The notes: generated from the letters alone by a model not told the origin. Numbered from the stretch's first letter, positions 29,710 to 41,515 are shown. The stretch is DNA of 64,000 nucleotides from Pseudomonadota bacterium (GCA_040390795.1 JAZJXV010000017.1:62-64061), one strand, 5' to 3'. Numbers and translations: made by a program.

Positions 29710-30801
29710 ATGTCCGAACACATACGCAGCACACTCGCCCATGGCTTAGGCAGCTTGATACTGGATCGTCCGCAAGCGATGAATTCACTCTCGCTGCCCA
29801 TGGTTCGCACGCTGATGCAAAGCTTGGCAGCGTGGCAAACAAATCCGGATGTGCGAGCAGTTGTCATCCGCAGCAGCCTCCCCAAAGCGTTTTGTGCAGG
29901 CGGAGACATCCGCTTCTTCCACGAAGTTGCAAACGGCGGCCTGACCGGCGGTAGCGCATTGCTGGAAGATTTTTTTACTGAAGAATATGCATTGAATCAT
30001 TTGATTCATCACTATCCAAAGCCGTACATCGCAGTCATGGATGGCATCGTGATGGGTGGTGGCATGGGGATTGCACAAAGCAGCGCTGCTGCCAGCATAC
30101 GCATCGTGACTGAGCGCACACGCATGGCAATGCCTGAAGTGAATATCGGCTTGTTCCCCGATGTGGGCGGCGGGTATTTCTTATCCCGGCTATCGGGAGA
30201 AATCGGCACTTATCTCGGCTTGACCGGCGAGATCGTCGGTGCAGCCGATGCACTGTATGCAAATCTAGCCGATGTGTTCGTACCGCGCACAGAGTTACCA
30301 GCATTACTAAGTTTGCTCGAATCGGTCAAAGATAGTCAGTACCGTCAGGCCATCGAAGAATTCACCGCGCCATTCGCGATGCAAATAAATCCGGGAAATA
30401 GCCTGCTTGCGCAACAGCGCAGTTTGATCGATCGCCATTTCGCCCATAACGAGGTGTCGACTATCATCGCATCCTTGCAACAAGATGCTGATCCCTTCGC
30501 ACAAAAAACGCTGGAGATATTGCTGAAGCGTTCGCCTTTGATGGTGCACGTATCACTGGAACAAATTCGACGTTCAGCGAAATTGGAACTAGCTGATTGC
30601 TTGCGCTTGGAACGCACGATGGTGCGTCGTTGTTTTGAGCATGGCGAAACAGTAGAAGGAATTCGTGCGCTCGCTATCGATAAGGATAATGCGCCGCAGT
30701 GGCGACCTGCATCATTTGAAGAAGTGACGCCAGAAATGATCGCGCCTTTTTTTGAGTCTGCTTGGCCAGACTACGCACATCCGCTACGTGAGCTGAGTTG
30801 A
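29710..30801 (+). CDS. Enoyl-CoA hydratase/isomerase superfamily protein, 3-hydroxyisobutyryl-CoA hydrolase-like
   Basis: 363 aa. Crotonase fold motifs AFCAGGDIRFF and DGIVMGGGMGIA, with the long C-terminal extension typical of HIBCH-type hydrolases. Confidence 0.8.
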   Translation: MSEHIRSTLAHGLGSLILDRPQAMNSLSLPMVRTLMQSLAAWQTNPDVRAVVIRSSLPKAFCAGGDIRFFHEVANGGLTGGSALLEDFFTEEYALNHLIHHYPKPYIAVMDGIVMGGGMGIAQSSAAASIRIVTERTRMAMPEVNIGLFPDVGGGYFLSRLSGEIGTYLGLTGEIVGAADALYANLADVFVPRTELPALLSLLESVKDSQYRQAIEEFTAPFAMQINPGNSLLAQQRSLIDRHFAHNEVSTIIASLQQDADPFAQKTLEILLKRSPLMVHVSLEQIRRSAKLELADCLRLERTMVRRCFEHGETVEGIRALAIDKDNAPQWRPASFEEVTPEMIAPFFESAWPDYAHPLRELS

Positions 30802-30852
30802 AGTGAATAACGAGCAATTCTTTATCAAGAACCGAGCGGCATTACTCGCTGC

Positions 30853-32001
30853 TCACATCTCTTCGATCATAAACAAGCGTCTATGCTCACGTATAGCATA
30901 ACGATCCGTCATCCCGGCAATGTAATCGGCAATGTCGCGCGCTTGCGTTGCCACGGCTTGCGGGGCATCGCTGGGCGTTCGTTGGTAATCTGGCGGTAAT
31001 AGATTCGGTTCGCGCATGAAGGCATCAAACAATTCCGTCACGATGCGTCGCGCCTTGCTCGTCATGCGATTGACTTGAAAATGTCGATACAAATTCTCAC
31101 GCAAGAAACGTTTAAGCAGTGCCGCTTCTGCGCGCATATTGTCGGAGAATGTAATCAAGGCATGCGCGTTGCGCACATCGTCTATCGTTTTTAACTGCGC
31201 GGCTTGAATGCGTTGTTGCGAAGCGTCAATGACATCGACAATCAATGCATTGATCATGCGACGTATCGTTTCGTTGATGGCACGTCGCCCGTTGATACCT
31301 GGGAACGCTAGCTCGACTTGATGACGGTGCCGCGCATAAAAATCGACTTCATCCAACTGTGCCGTCGTGAGCAAACCAGAACGCAAGCCGTCATCGATAT
31401 CGTGATTGTTGTAGGCAATTTCATCGGCCAGATTCGCCAGTTGCGCTTCTAGCGTCGGCTGTTTCTTATCGATGAAGCGCTGCCCTATTGCATCCAGTTT
31501 TTTTGCATTCGATAAAGAACAATGCTTGAGTATGCCCTCGCGCGTTTCAAACATGAGATTCAGACCATCGAACGCACCGTAGCGCTGCTCCAGCGTATCG
31601 ACCACTCGTAAGCTTTGCAGATTGTGTTCAAAGCCGCCGTAATCACTCATGCAAAGATTCAAGGCATCTTGGCCTGCATGACCGAATGGCGTGTGACCAA
31701 GATCATGTGCGAGCGAGATTGCCTCAACCAGATCTTCATTCAAGTGCAAGTTACGTGCGATCGAGCGAGCGATCTGTGCAACTTCAATACTGTGCGTCAA
31801 GCGCGTGCGGAATAAATCACCTTCGTGATTGACGAACACTTGCGTCTTGTATTCGAGCCGGCGAAAAGCGGCAGAGTGAATGATGCGATCGCGATCGCGT
31901 TGGAATTCGGTACGCGATGAAGTAGAAGGTTCATTGAAACGACGGCCCGTCGATGTATCGGAACGGGCCGCATACGGCGCCAAATGAGCTTCTATATTCA
32001 T
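30853..32001 (-). CDS. dGTPase-like deoxyguanosinetriphosphate triphosphohydrolase (HD domain)
   Basis: [24 protein letters not shown] and [30 protein letters not shown] motifs. Confidence 0.9.
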   Translation of the reverse strand: MNIEAHLAPYAARSDTSTGRRFNEPSTSSRTEFQRDRDRIIHSAAFRRLEYKTQVFVNHEGDLFRTRLTHSIEVAQIARSIARNLHLNEDLVEAISLAHDLGHTPFGHAGQDALNLCMSDYGGFEHNLQSLRVVDTLEQRYGAFDGLNLMFETREGILKHCSLSNAKKLDAIGQRFIDKKQPTLEAQLANLADEIAYNNHDIDDGLRSGLLTTAQLDEVDFYARHRHQVELAFPGINGRRAINETIRRMINALIVDVIDASQQRIQAAQLKTIDDVRNAHALITFSDNMRAEAALLKRFLRENLYRHFQVNRMTSKARRIVTELFDAFMREPNLLPPDYQRTPSDAPQAVATQARDIADYIAGMTDRYAIREHRRLFMIEEM

Positions 32002-32040
32002 GTCAGCCTATGCTTGGACATGCGATGAGTGGATGACTGC

Positions 32041-33774
32041 TCAGGAAATGCATGCGCTCAATGTTTGCAACAACACTTCTTGCGGCACGGTCATAATGAC
32101 CGATGTACCCAATGGTTTGAGCAAGATGAATTTGATTTGGCCACCTTCATTCTTCTTGTCGACTTCCATCAGTTCCAACCAGCGCTCAGTGCCAAGATCA
32201 GGTGCGACTGTTGGCAAACCCGCAGCTTTGACAACTGCTGTAATGCGTTCTTTTGACACGGCATCGATGAAGCCCAAACGATGCGATAAATCCGCCGCCA
32301 TCACTATGCCGCAACCAACGGCTTCGCCGTGCAACCAAACACCATAGCCCATACCTGCTTCAATCGCATGACCAAAGGTGTGGCCAAAGTTCAGAATCGC
32401 ACGCAAGCCACCTTCACGCTCATCCTGACGCACTACATCTGCCTTGATTTCACATGAACGCTTGATCGCATAGGCCAAGGCATCAGCATCTTTTGCTACC
32501 AGCTTGCTCATGTTGGCTTCTATCCAATCGAAGAATGGCGCATCAATGATGGCGCCATGCTTGATCACTTCCGACAAACCGGCAGACAGTTCACGTGCTG
32601 GTAATGTATTCAGTGTAGAGGTATCGGCAATCACGGCTTGCGGTTGATAAAACGCACCGATCATGTTTTTACCGAGGGGATGATTAATCCCGGTCTTGCC
32701 GCCGACGGAAGAGTCAACTTGCGACAACAATGTCGTCGGCACCTGGATGAACGGTACGCCGCGCATATAAGCCGCTGCGGCGAAACCTGTCATGTCGCCA
32801 ATCACACCACCGCCTAACGCGACCAAGGTCGTCTTGCGATCACATTTTTCAGCGAGCAAGACGTCGAAAACCTTCATCAGGTTCGCCCAGTTTTTTTCTT
32901 CTTCGCCGTCAGGCAACACGATCTGCGTTACCTGCTTGCCAGCAGCAGTCAGCGTTTTGCTCACTTGCTCGAGATACAAGGGTGCAACCACTGTATTGGT
33001 AACGATGGCAACGCGCGAACCGACAATATGCGCAGCGAGTACGGCCGGATCGCCAAGCAAGGATTGTCCGATCGTGATCGGGTAGCTGCGCGTACCGAGA
33101 TCAACGTGCAAGGTATCGGAAGTAGAAGAGAGCTGAGACGTCATGGAATACTTTGATAAAGATTGATGATCCTGTTGCAACGATGCATGCGCCTCCGTCG
33201 GCACATGCTCCGGCCCAAGCTGAGACAAAATGGACTGCATCAGGAATTGTACGTTAGGTCGCCCGGTGTCGATGACGATGTGCGCAATTTCATTATAGAA
33301 AGGTTCGCGCGCCCGGGATAATTCTTCTATGGTTTTACGCGGATCAGCTGTTTGCAGCAATGGACGATTTTTATCGTGGCTGGTGCGCTGCAAAATGCTA
33401 TTGACGCTCGCGCGCAGATAAATCACTGTGCCGCGCTCTTTGAGAAAAGCCCGACTTTCCGGATTCAATACTGCGCCACCGCCTGTTGCCAAGACGATAT
33501 CGTGTTGCGCGGTCAAGTCGCGAATCACTTCCGCTTCCCGCTGACGAAAGCTTGCTTCGCCTTCGATTTCAAAAATCAAGGGAATGGACGCACCGGTCCG
33601 CTCTTCGATTTCATGGTCGGAATCGATAAACCGTTTGTTTAGCCTTTTTGCCAGCGCACGACCGACTGTCGTTTTGCCGGCACCCATCAAGCCGACCAGA
33701 AAAATATTTCCACCCACTACAAACTCTCTCCAATCAGGCGCAGCAGCCAACATGGCTCTGCCTATAACCGGCAT
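32041..33774 (-). CDS. aroKB: Fused shikimate kinase / 3-dehydroquinate synthase (AroK-AroB in one uninterrupted frame)
   Basis: N-terminal P-loop [18 protein letters not shown] (AroK). From about residue 211 ([26 protein letters not shown]), AroB with [14 protein letters not shown] and HGHA.. metal motifs. I re-translated 33121-33240 by hand and found no stop between the domains. Confidence 0.85.
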   Translation of the reverse strand: MPVIGRAMLAAAPDWREFVVGGNIFLVGLMGAGKTTVGRALAKRLNKRFIDSDHEIEERTGASIPLIFEIEGEASFRQREAEVIRDLTAQHDIVLATGGGAVLNPESRAFLKERGTVIYLRASVNSILQRTSHDKNRPLLQTADPRKTIEELSRAREPFYNEIAHIVIDTGRPNVQFLMQSILSQLGPEHVPTEAHASLQQDHQSLSKYSMTSQLSSTSDTLHVDLGTRSYPITIGQSLLGDPAVLAAHIVGSRVAIVTNTVVAPLYLEQVSKTLTAAGKQVTQIVLPDGEEEKNWANLMKVFDVLLAEKCDRKTTLVALGGGVIGDMTGFAAAAYMRGVPFIQVPTTLLSQVDSSVGGKTGINHPLGKNMIGAFYQPQAVIADTSTLNTLPARELSAGLSEVIKHGAIIDAPFFDWIEANMSKLVAKDADALAYAIKRSCEIKADVVRQDEREGGLRAILNFGHTFGHAIEAGMGYGVWLHGEAVGCGIVMAADLSHRLGFIDAVSKERITAVVKAAGLPTVAPDLGTERWLELMEVDKKNEGGQIKFILLKPLGTSVIMTVPQEVLLQTLSACIS

Positions 33775-33775
33775 C

Positions 33776-35875
33776 CTACCTGATTGAAACCTTGTCGTTG
33801 AGAATTTTAGGTGTCAGGAAAATAAGTAATTCGGTTTTGTCGTTAGTACGTCCTGTTGTTTTGAACAAATTACCAAGAACCGGAATATCGCCAAAGAACG
33901 GCACTTTAGACACGGAATCACGCTCGGTTTGCTGGAAAATACCGCCAATCACGACCGTGCCGCCGTTATCAATCAGCACCTGCGTCTTCACATGCTTGGT
34001 ATCGATCGCAAAACCAGAGCGGGTTTCTACACCCACCGTGTCTTTCGTGACATCAACGTCCAGGATCACATTGCCATCCGGTGTGATTTGCGGCGTGACT
34101 TCCAGTTTCAAATTTGCTTTGCGGAAAGAAACACTGGTTGCACCGCTGCTGGTCGCTTGCTGATAAGGCAATTCTGTACCCTGCTCGATCAAGGCTTTCA
34201 ACTGATCCGCGGTAATGACGCGTGGACTGGAAATAACTTTACCTTTACCGTCAGCTTCCAGCGCCGATAACTCCAAACCAATAAATCGGGTGGCGGCGGC
34301 ATTAAACAACGTCAAGGCAACTGAGCCCGGAGTATTACTGTTGATTGCGCTGGCAGGCAAATTGACAGCGCTACTGCCCAAAGTCGGCGCGCCAGCCGCA
34401 GTAGTGGTACTCGTTTGCTTACCGCCAAGCTCGAAGTTCCCTTGATTTTGTACACCAAATGACAATTTGGCACCCAAGCTGCTACTAAACTTATCATCCG
34501 CCTCAACGATACGTGCCTCTATCATGACCTGACGGCTAGCAATGTCTGTTTTTTTCACCAAGGCACGGATCTCTTCCAATTTGGATCCGATATCGGTGAT
34601 AAACAATTGATTGGTACGGGGATCCACCACTGCACTACCGCGCTTACTTAGAATGCTACGGCTACCGCCATCGATACCAAAAATCTGTTTAAACGATTCC
34701 GCTTTTTGATAATTCAACTGAAATGTTTCTGTCTTGATCGGTTCCAGTTCGGCGATTTGTGCACGTTGTTCCAGCTCTAATTTTTCCTTCGTCAATAATT
34801 CGTCACGCGGTGCAATCCACAGTACCGAACCATTCTTGCGCATATCAAGGCCTTTAGCCTGCATCACGATATCGAGCGCTTGATCCCACGGCACATCCTT
34901 CAAACGTAACGTCAGATTGCCGCTCACCGTATCGCTGGTAATGATGTTCAAACCGGTGAAATCGGCGATCACCTGCAATACCGCACGCACTTCAACGTTC
35001 TGGAAATTCAGGGACAATTTATCGCCGCGATAATCGCGCACACCTTGCCCAAGCTTGTTCGGCTCTTCCTTCAGCGGCTTGACTTCGATCACCAACTGCG
35101 TATCGCTTTGATAAGCACTGTGTTCCCACAAACCCTTAGGCTCAATGGTCATACGCACATTGTCGCCTTGCTGCTGGGTCGTAACGATATTGACCGGCGT
35201 ACCGAAATCAGCGACATCCAGACGACGACGCAAAACATCCGGCACCGTCGTTTTCATGAAATCGACTTCAATCTTTTTACCTTGCTGACGCACATCCACT
35301 GCAACTTGATTGTTCGGCAAATCGACGACAATGCGACCTTCACCATTATTACCACGACGGAAATCGATATCACGCAACGCTTGTCGCCCGCTACTTACCT
35401 GCGCACCTGGAACTGGCAGACCGGCGGCATTGACCGGCGTCGCCACAACACCAGTGCCATCGATGGTCACGATCACAGTATTACCATCAACCGTCGTGGC
35501 GTAATTCAATGAGCGCGTCAAATTGAATACCAAACGCGAACGATCACCGACCTGCACAATATTCGCGTTCCGCACATCACCCAAGCCGATATCCTGCAAG
35601 CCTTTACCTGTAGCATTCGCCGTATTCGCAAAATCAAGCGCAATGCGTGCTGGGCTGCTGATGGAAAATCCTACTGGCGGTTTTGCCAATGGGTTTTTCA
35701 ATGCCACCTTCACGACGACATTAGCGCCTTGCTGATTGGCCGTGATGGATTGAATTGCATTTTCCTGTGCTGCCGCTACACCACCGATCAATAAGAGACC
35801 GACAAACGCAAATAGTCGCCACATTTTTTGCACCATCCCTTGAGAGCTTTTGAATTTTTTTTGTAACGCGATCAT
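33776..35875 (-). CDS. pilQ: Type IV pilus secretin PilQ
   Basis: 699 aa. AMIN-like N-terminus. Secretin C-domain [30 protein letters not shown] overlap with pilP. Confidence 0.95.
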   Translation of the reverse strand: MIALQKKFKSSQGMVQKMWRLFAFVGLLLIGGVAAAQENAIQSITANQQGANVVVKVALKNPLAKPPVGFSISSPARIALDFANTANATGKGLQDIGLGDVRNANIVQVGDRSRLVFNLTRSLNYATTVDGNTVIVTIDGTGVVATPVNAAGLPVPGAQVSSGRQALRDIDFRRGNNGEGRIVVDLPNNQVAVDVRQQGKKIEVDFMKTTVPDVLRRRLDVADFGTPVNIVTTQQQGDNVRMTIEPKGLWEHSAYQSDTQLVIEVKPLKEEPNKLGQGVRDYRGDKLSLNFQNVEVRAVLQVIADFTGLNIITSDTVSGNLTLRLKDVPWDQALDIVMQAKGLDMRKNGSVLWIAPRDELLTKEKLELEQRAQIAELEPIKTETFQLNYQKAESFKQIFGIDGGSRSILSKRGSAVVDPRTNQLFITDIGSKLEEIRALVKKTDIASRQVMIEARIVEADDKFSSSLGAKLSFGVQNQGNFELGGKQTSTTTAAGAPTLGSSAVNLPASAINSNTPGSVALTLFNAAATRFIGLELSALEADGKGKVISSPRVITADQLKALIEQGTELPYQQATSSGATSVSFRKANLKLEVTPQITPDGNVILDVDVTKDTVGVETRSGFAIDTKHVKTQVLIDNGGTVVIGGIFQQTERDSVSKVPFFGDIPVLGNLFKTTGRTNDKTELLIFLTPKILNDKVSIR

Positions 35876-36414
35876 TTTTGCGACTCCTGCAACTCCAGCC
35901 TGGCTTCACGTTCGACCCAATCGCCGGCCGCATCTTGTACGACTTCTTTCAACGCTACTTCTGTATCGGTAATTCTGGTCACCATGCCAAGATTCTGGCC
36001 GATGTAGTTTCCTACCTTGACTTGATATATTGATTTATCGACTTGCAACAAGGCATAGGTCAAACCCGGCTTGGTCAATGTTCCAACCATCACCAAGGTA
36101 TCCAGCGGATAACTTTCCAATGCTTCGCGACGCCTATCCAGATTTGGCCTAATCGAACTACCATCTTTACGCGCCTTGGCCAAGGCCACTGCAAGTTTGT
36201 TTGGACTGTAAGGATCTTCTCTATCCTTGGCGTCATACGTAAACGGCGTGAATTTTTTCGGTTCAGACAAAGGCTTGATGGATACACGCGTTTGCTGCCG
36301 GACTTCCTTCATCCACTGACTGACATCATCGGTCCCGCTATTACCGCAACCAAACAAGCCGAATGCCAGCATGACCGGAGTAGCGCGCGCCATGAATTGA
36401 ATGAGCGTCATCAT
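35872..36414 (-). CDS. pilP: Type IV pilus lipoprotein PilP
   Basis: Lipobox LFGCGN. Operon position. ATGA overlaps on both sides. Confidence 0.88.
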   Translation of the reverse strand: MMTLIQFMARATPVMLAFGLFGCGNSGTDDVSQWMKEVRQQTRVSIKPLSEPKKFTPFTYDAKDREDPYSPNKLAVALAKARKDGSSIRPNLDRRREALESYPLDTLVMVGTLTKPGLTYALLQVDKSIYQVKVGNYIGQNLGMVTRITDTEVALKEVVQDAAGDWVEREARLELQESQK

Positions 36415-37067
36415 TTGCCACCTTTTTTCTTGCCGGCGGCGGCCTTGCGTTGTGCAGCAACTTCTTCGTCATCCAGATAACGGAAAGTTTTGGCAACCGC
36501 ATCCAAAGTCAAAGTATTACCCTTGGCGACAACCAGATTCATATTATTTAAAGTCACGATACGCGGTAGATTCGCGATGTCGCTGGAAAATGCACCTACG
36601 TCGTGATAACTCCCGGTTACCTTGATGGCGATTGGCAATTCCGCGTAGTAGTCACGTACGACAACCTGACCCGGCTTGAACAGCTCGAATTGCAAACCAC
36701 GTCCCAAGCCAGCCTGATTGATGTCAGATAAAAGTGCATCCATCTCCGCCTTGCTTGGTAATTGCTTTTCCAGCGTAGAGACATATTCATTGACCTGTTC
36801 TTTTTGCTTGCGCAGGCCGACAAGATTAATCGCCTGCTGCACCTTGGATTTGTACGCATCTTTCAGCGTCAACTCTTCAGCAGCAGTACGATCAAGTTCA
36901 TCCAACTGCTCGCTCCAGTACAAATACCAACCGACACCGAGCACAGCCACCAGTACGCCAAGCGCGCACAACATACGCGGAACAACCGGCCATTGACCAG
37001 GATGCAAACCATTCAGATCGCGGAACTGCGCGCTGATCGATTCGCCGATATTTTTCAGATCTGCCAT
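36411..37067 (-). CDS. pilO: Type IV pilus inner-membrane component PilO
   Basis: Single TM, coiled-coil region. Position in pilMNOPQ. Confidence 0.88.
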   Translation of the reverse strand: MADLKNIGESISAQFRDLNGLHPGQWPVVPRMLCALGVLVAVLGVGWYLYWSEQLDELDRTAAEELTLKDAYKSKVQQAINLVGLRKQKEQVNEYVSTLEKQLPSKAEMDALLSDINQAGLGRGLQFELFKPGQVVVRDYYAELPIAIKVTGSYHDVGAFSSDIANLPRIVTLNNMNLVVAKGNTLTLDAVAKTFRYLDDEEVAAQRKAAAGKKKGGK

Positions 37068-37082
37068 GATGCCTGTCTCATA

Positions 37083-37706
37083 TCAAGGTTTCGGTGGAGT
37101 CGCGACTGACGCGACTCCCTTTGCATCTACCGCCGCAGGATCTTGATCCCGCGGACGCTTGATGCCAGCATTGATGGTGAATTCAAATACTTTCTTTGCA
37201 TCCTTGCCCGAACCGATGCCAGTCGAGCGAATCTCGATCAAATCCGGACGCTCCAGCCAAGGCGAATGATTGCCAAGATTGCGCAGCAATTCAGAAACGC
37301 GCTCATTCGATTGCGCGTAGCCATTCAACAGAACACGTTGTCCATCCTGTTTAAAGGATTTGAGGTACACGCCTTCTGGAACTTGTTGCGCCAATTCATC
37401 CATCAGATAAACCGGTTGATTGCGATCGCTTTGCAAATCTTCTACCGCTTGCTGACGCGCTTTCAAGGCTTCGATTTCTTGTTTCAGATTCGCCACTTCT
37501 TTGATTTCGCCATCGAGTCGCGCATTTTCATTTTTAATGAAAGTATTGCGCGCCTGCTGATCAGACAGCTGACTAGCAAAGAACGCACCTACCGCGATTA
37601 CGATCAAGGCACCAAAGATCCCGCTCAACAACATCAGAGCGACAAAATCCTTTTTGCGTTGTTTACGCTTTTCTTCCCGATGTGGAAGTAAATTGATACG
37701 GATCAT
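37083..37706 (-). CDS. pilN: Type IV pilus inner-membrane component PilN
   Basis: MIRINLLPHREEKR N-terminus (the PilM-binding motif), single TM. Confidence 0.9.
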   Translation of the reverse strand: MIRINLLPHREEKRKQRKKDFVALMLLSGIFGALIVIAVGAFFASQLSDQQARNTFIKNENARLDGEIKEVANLKQEIEALKARQQAVEDLQSDRNQPVYLMDELAQQVPEGVYLKSFKQDGQRVLLNGYAQSNERVSELLRNLGNHSPWLERPDLIEIRSTGIGSGKDAKKVFEFTINAGIKRPRDQDPAAVDAKGVASVATPPKP

Positions 37707-38785
37707 CAGTCAAACCTCCGCATCGCCAACCCGCATGCGACCAAATAAGCCGGCGCTTCTATGCGCAACTGTTTTTCTCGTACGTTTGGACTAAGTTGCA
37801 TCCCTTTGAAAGGGCTGACGACAGAAGTCGATAATTTGGTCCGGTTGGCAACCATGTCCACCATGCCTGGAATGATGGCGCAGCCGCCAGCCAGGAATAA
37901 TTGGTCGACGCGTGTATAAGGCGTCGAGGTAAAGAAGAATTGAATCGCGCGCGTTACTTCAAGCGCCGCACTTTCTAGAAACGGCTCCAGTATTTCTGTC
38001 TGATAGCCATCCGGCAAATCGTTGTTTTTCTTTTTGATTTCCGCTTCTTCGTACGACAAGCCGTAGGTGCGCGTGATCTCTTGCGTCAGTTGATGACCGC
38101 CGAACGGCTGTTCGCGCTCATAAATCAATTGGCCATCCAGCAAAATCGAGACATGTGTGACTTGCGAGCCTATCTGGAACAAACCCATGATCTGGCCTTG
38201 TCCAGCATTCGGCAATTGTTGGGTGATGCGATCGATGGCCGCGCGTGCCGCATAGGATTCAATATCCATGATGGTCGGCGTCAAACCAGCCGCTTCAGCG
38301 ACAGCGACACGATCTTCTACTTTTTCTTTGCGGGTTGCAGCCAGCATGACTTCAACATCGTCCGGCGAATTCTCAACTAGGCCGATTACGTCAAAATCGA
38401 GCCGTACTTCGTCCAACGCAAAAGGAATGTATTGGCTGGCCTCGGTTTCCACCTGCAATTCCAGGCCCTCTTCGGACAAACCGCTGGGAAGTATGATCTT
38501 TTTAGTAATAACTGATGCAGGCGGCATGCCCATCGCCACAAATTTGGCGCGCGTCCCACTTTTTTTCCAGACGCGTTGGATCGCATCCGATACCAGATCG
38601 ATATTTTCAATGTTGCCATCCACCACTGCGCCACGCGGCAGCGGTTCGGAGGCAAAACACTCAAGACGTAATTCGCTTTTTCCTACTTCAGACAATTCAA
38701 CGAGTTTCACCCCGGAACTACTAATGTCCAAACCAATCAGCGGCGGATTCTTTTTGCCAAACAAGGAGCCAAAATCTAAAGCCAA
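37706..38785 (-). CDS. pilM: Type IV pilus assembly ATPase-fold protein PilM
   Basis: Actin-like fold sequence LIGLDISSSGVKLVEL; 359 aa; TGATG junction with pilN. Confidence 0.93.
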   Translation of the reverse strand: MALDFGSLFGKKNPPLIGLDISSSGVKLVELSEVGKSELRLECFASEPLPRGAVVDGNIENIDLVSDAIQRVWKKSGTRAKFVAMGMPPASVITKKIILPSGLSEEGLELQVETEASQYIPFALDEVRLDFDVIGLVENSPDDVEVMLAATRKEKVEDRVAVAEAAGLTPTIMDIESYAARAAIDRITQQLPNAGQGQIMGLFQIGSQVTHVSILLDGQLIYEREQPFGGHQLTQEITRTYGLSYEEAEIKKKNNDLPDGYQTEILEPFLESAALEVTRAIQFFFTSTPYTRVDQLFLAGGCAIIPGMVDMVANRTKLSTSVVSPFKGMQLSPNVREKQLRIEAPAYLVACGLAMRRFD

Positions 38786-39138
38786 GGGCAGTTCTCCCTA
38801 GAAACGTTATTTAGTATGTGAACGCGACGCCGTTTAGCTTGTCCAAACTCGAACCAATATAAAAGCGATGTTTTTTCGATAAAATTCGTTTAAAAACGTA
38901 TATTTAGAGCACATTGATAAAACGTTACATTAAATCGTAGCAACAAGCCTCCAAAAGTGTAAAGCAATTTCCACAAAGTAATTTGCAATTCCGTTGCCAA
39001 AAATCCACGTAGCAAATGGGATGTTGTAATTAGCCCTATTTGTTACTGTTTATTGGTCACAATTAAGTCACAATCTCGCCCCTTCACAGCAGCCAGCTAT
39101 AATGGTCCGAATATCGATCTCTCACTTTTCCTCTCTGC

Positions 39139-41490
39139 ATGGCTTCCAAACAATCACCGTCCGGCAGTACCGAACCAAAATCACCTAAACGCGCACCCAA
39201 TCTGGCATTACGAATCAGCCTAGGAGTTATCGGCTTGATCGCTGGCTTGGGCGTCATTGGCGCACTGATACTGTTTTTTGCGCTGGCGATGGCTTATCCC
39301 AATTTGCCGGCACTGGATTCGCTCACCGATTATCGGCCGAAGATTCCACTGCGCATTTTCTCTGCAGATAACGTATTAATCGGTGAATTCGGCGAAGAAC
39401 GCCGAAATTTGGTTCATATCAAAGAAATTCCGGACATTATGAAGAAAGCCGTGCTGGCGATCGAAGATGACCGTTTCTTTGAACATGGCGGCGTGGATTA
39501 CGTCGGGATCGTGCGCGCAGCCGTACACAATCTCAGCGGAGGCACGCGTCAAGGCGCGTCCACCATCACACAACAAGTTGCACGAAACTTCTTCCTGTCG
39601 AGCGAACAAACGCTCAAACGCAAGATTTACGAAGTCCTATTAGCCTGGAAAATCGAGAAAAACCTGTCGAAAGACCAGATTCTTGAGGTCTATATGAACC
39701 AGATTTATCTGGGGCAGCGCGCCTACGGCTTCTCGTCCGCTGCGCAAATCTATTACGGCAAAAAACTACAAGACATCACGATAGCCGAAGCAGCCATGCT
39801 GGCTGGCTTGCCGAAAGCACCTTCCGCCTACAATCCGGTCGTCAATCCAAAACGCGCTAAATCACGTCAGCAATACATCCTGCAAAGGATGTACCAGCTG
39901 GGCTACATCACCGAAGCAGAATACAACCAGGCAAAAGAAGAAGAACTCAAGATAAAGACAAATAGCAGCGAGTTCGGCGTACATGCTGAATATGTCGCGG
40001 AGATGACGCGTCAATTAGTCTATGAACAATTCAAGGAAGAAACCTATACCCGCGGCCTGAATGTCTTCACGACGATTACCAAGGCAGACCAAGACGCGGC
40101 CTACCTCGCGGTGCGCCGCGGCGTGATGGACTATGAAAAACGCCACGGTTATCGCGGTCCGGAAAGCTATATCGAGATTCCGACTAATAAGGAAGAAGCC
40201 GAAGCCGCAATTGAAGTTGAGCTGGCAAACCACCCGGACAGCGACGATCTGGTGGCGGCCGTTGTACTGGAAGCCACACCTAAGCTGGTCCGCGCCGTCT
40301 TGGTATCCGGCGAAGAAATCCAGATTGAAGGCCCCGGCCTGACGTTTGCAGCTAATCTCTTGAGCGAAAAATCGCCCCCGAACAAACGCGTCAAACGCGG
40401 CGCTGTCATCCGCGTCATGCAAGAAGGAAAAACCTGGAGCATCATCCAGATGCCGGAAGTGCAATCCGCCTTCGTCGCAGCCAATACCAATGACGGCGCA
40501 ATCCGCGCCTTGGTTGGCGGTTTCGACTTCAATCGCAACAAGTTCAATCACGTTACGCAGGCATGGCGTCAGCCTGGTTCGTCGTTCAAGCCTTTCATTT
40601 ATTCCGCCTCTCTGGAAAAAGGCTTGTCGCCTTCCACCATCATCAACGATGCGCCTATCAGCTTTGATGCCGGCCAAACTGGCGGACAACCGTGGGAGCC
40701 AAAGAACTATGATGGCAAATACGAAGGTCCGATGACGATGCGCAAGGGTTTGGCGAAATCGAAGAACATGATTTCCATCCGCATCCTGCATAAAATCGGC
40801 GCGAAGTACGGACAGGAATACATCACCCGCTTCGGCTTTGATGCAGACAAGAATCCGCCGTATCTGACTTTGGCGCTGGGCGCAGGCTCGGTGACACCAC
40901 TACAAATGGCCGCCGCCTACTCGGTTTTTGCCAACGGTGGCTACAAAGTCAGTCCATATTTGATTTCAAAAATCAGCGATGCCAATGGCAAATTGCTGTC
41001 TGAAGTCAAACCTGACAAAGCCGGCGATGAAGCCAATCGCGCCATTGATGCGCGCAATGCATTCTTGATGGATAACATGCTGAAGGGTGTCGTTACTTCT
41101 GGTACCGCGATCAAGGCGATGTCCTTGAAACGCACCGATCTGGCTGGTAAAACCGGTACCACCAATGACTCCTTCGATGCCTGGTTTGCCGGATACCAAC
41201 CTAATATTGTCGGTATTGCATGGATAGGTTTCGATCAACCGAAAAATCTGGGCAATCGCGAAACCGGTGGCGGATTGGCCTTGCCAATCTGGATCAACTA
41301 CATGCAAAAGGCGCTGAAGGATGTGCCTATGGTAGAGCGCACCGTGCCGGAAGGCATTATCACCGTCAATGGTGACTACTATTACGCGGAAAGCCCACCA
41401 GGATTAGGCGTGCGAAATCTGGATGCGGGTGATGCAGCAACACCGTCGAATGCACCAACCAAGGATGAGGTAAAGAACGAATTGTTCTGA
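39139..41490 (+). CDS. mrcA: Penicillin-binding protein 1A (bifunctional glycosyltransferase/transpeptidase)
   Basis: GT51 motifs AIEDDRFFEHGG and RKIYE. Transpeptidase motifs SSFKP and KTGTTND. Divergent from pilM, as in many proteobacteria. Confidence 0.95.
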   Translation: MASKQSPSGSTEPKSPKRAPNLALRISLGVIGLIAGLGVIGALILFFALAMAYPNLPALDSLTDYRPKIPLRIFSADNVLIGEFGEERRNLVHIKEIPDIMKKAVLAIEDDRFFEHGGVDYVGIVRAAVHNLSGGTRQGASTITQQVARNFFLSSEQTLKRKIYEVLLAWKIEKNLSKDQILEVYMNQIYLGQRAYGFSSAAQIYYGKKLQDITIAEAAMLAGLPKAPSAYNPVVNPKRAKSRQQYILQRMYQLGYITEAEYNQAKEEELKIKTNSSEFGVHAEYVAEMTRQLVYEQFKEETYTRGLNVFTTITKADQDAAYLAVRRGVMDYEKRHGYRGPESYIEIPTNKEEAEAAIEVELANHPDSDDLVAAVVLEATPKLVRAVLVSGEEIQIEGPGLTFAANLLSEKSPPNKRVKRGAVIRVMQEGKTWSIIQMPEVQSAFVAANTNDGAIRALVGGFDFNRNKFNHVTQAWRQPGSSFKPFIYSASLEKGLSPSTIINDAPISFDAGQTGGQPWEPKNYDGKYEGPMTMRKGLAKSKNMISIRILHKIGAKYGQEYITRFGFDADKNPPYLTLALGAGSVTPLQMAAAYSVFANGGYKVSPYLISKISDANGKLLSEVKPDKAGDEANRAIDARNAFLMDNMLKGVVTSGTAIKAMSLKRTDLAGKTGTTNDSFDAWFAGYQPNIVGIAWIGFDQPKNLGNRETGGGLALPIWINYMQKALKDVPMVERTVPEGIITVNGDYYYAESPPGLGVRNLDAGDAATPSNAPTKDEVKNELF

Positions 41491-41515
41491 TTTTGACAAG
41501 AAACTACAACAATAC

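Noticed and set aside
35855-35862. A8/T8 homopolymer in the first codons of pilQ as a possible phase-variation tract
   Set aside because: It is a single short tract. It lies between two possible starts (35875 and the MVQKMW Met), so slippage need not inactivate the gene. No evidence of variability can be obtained from one sequence.
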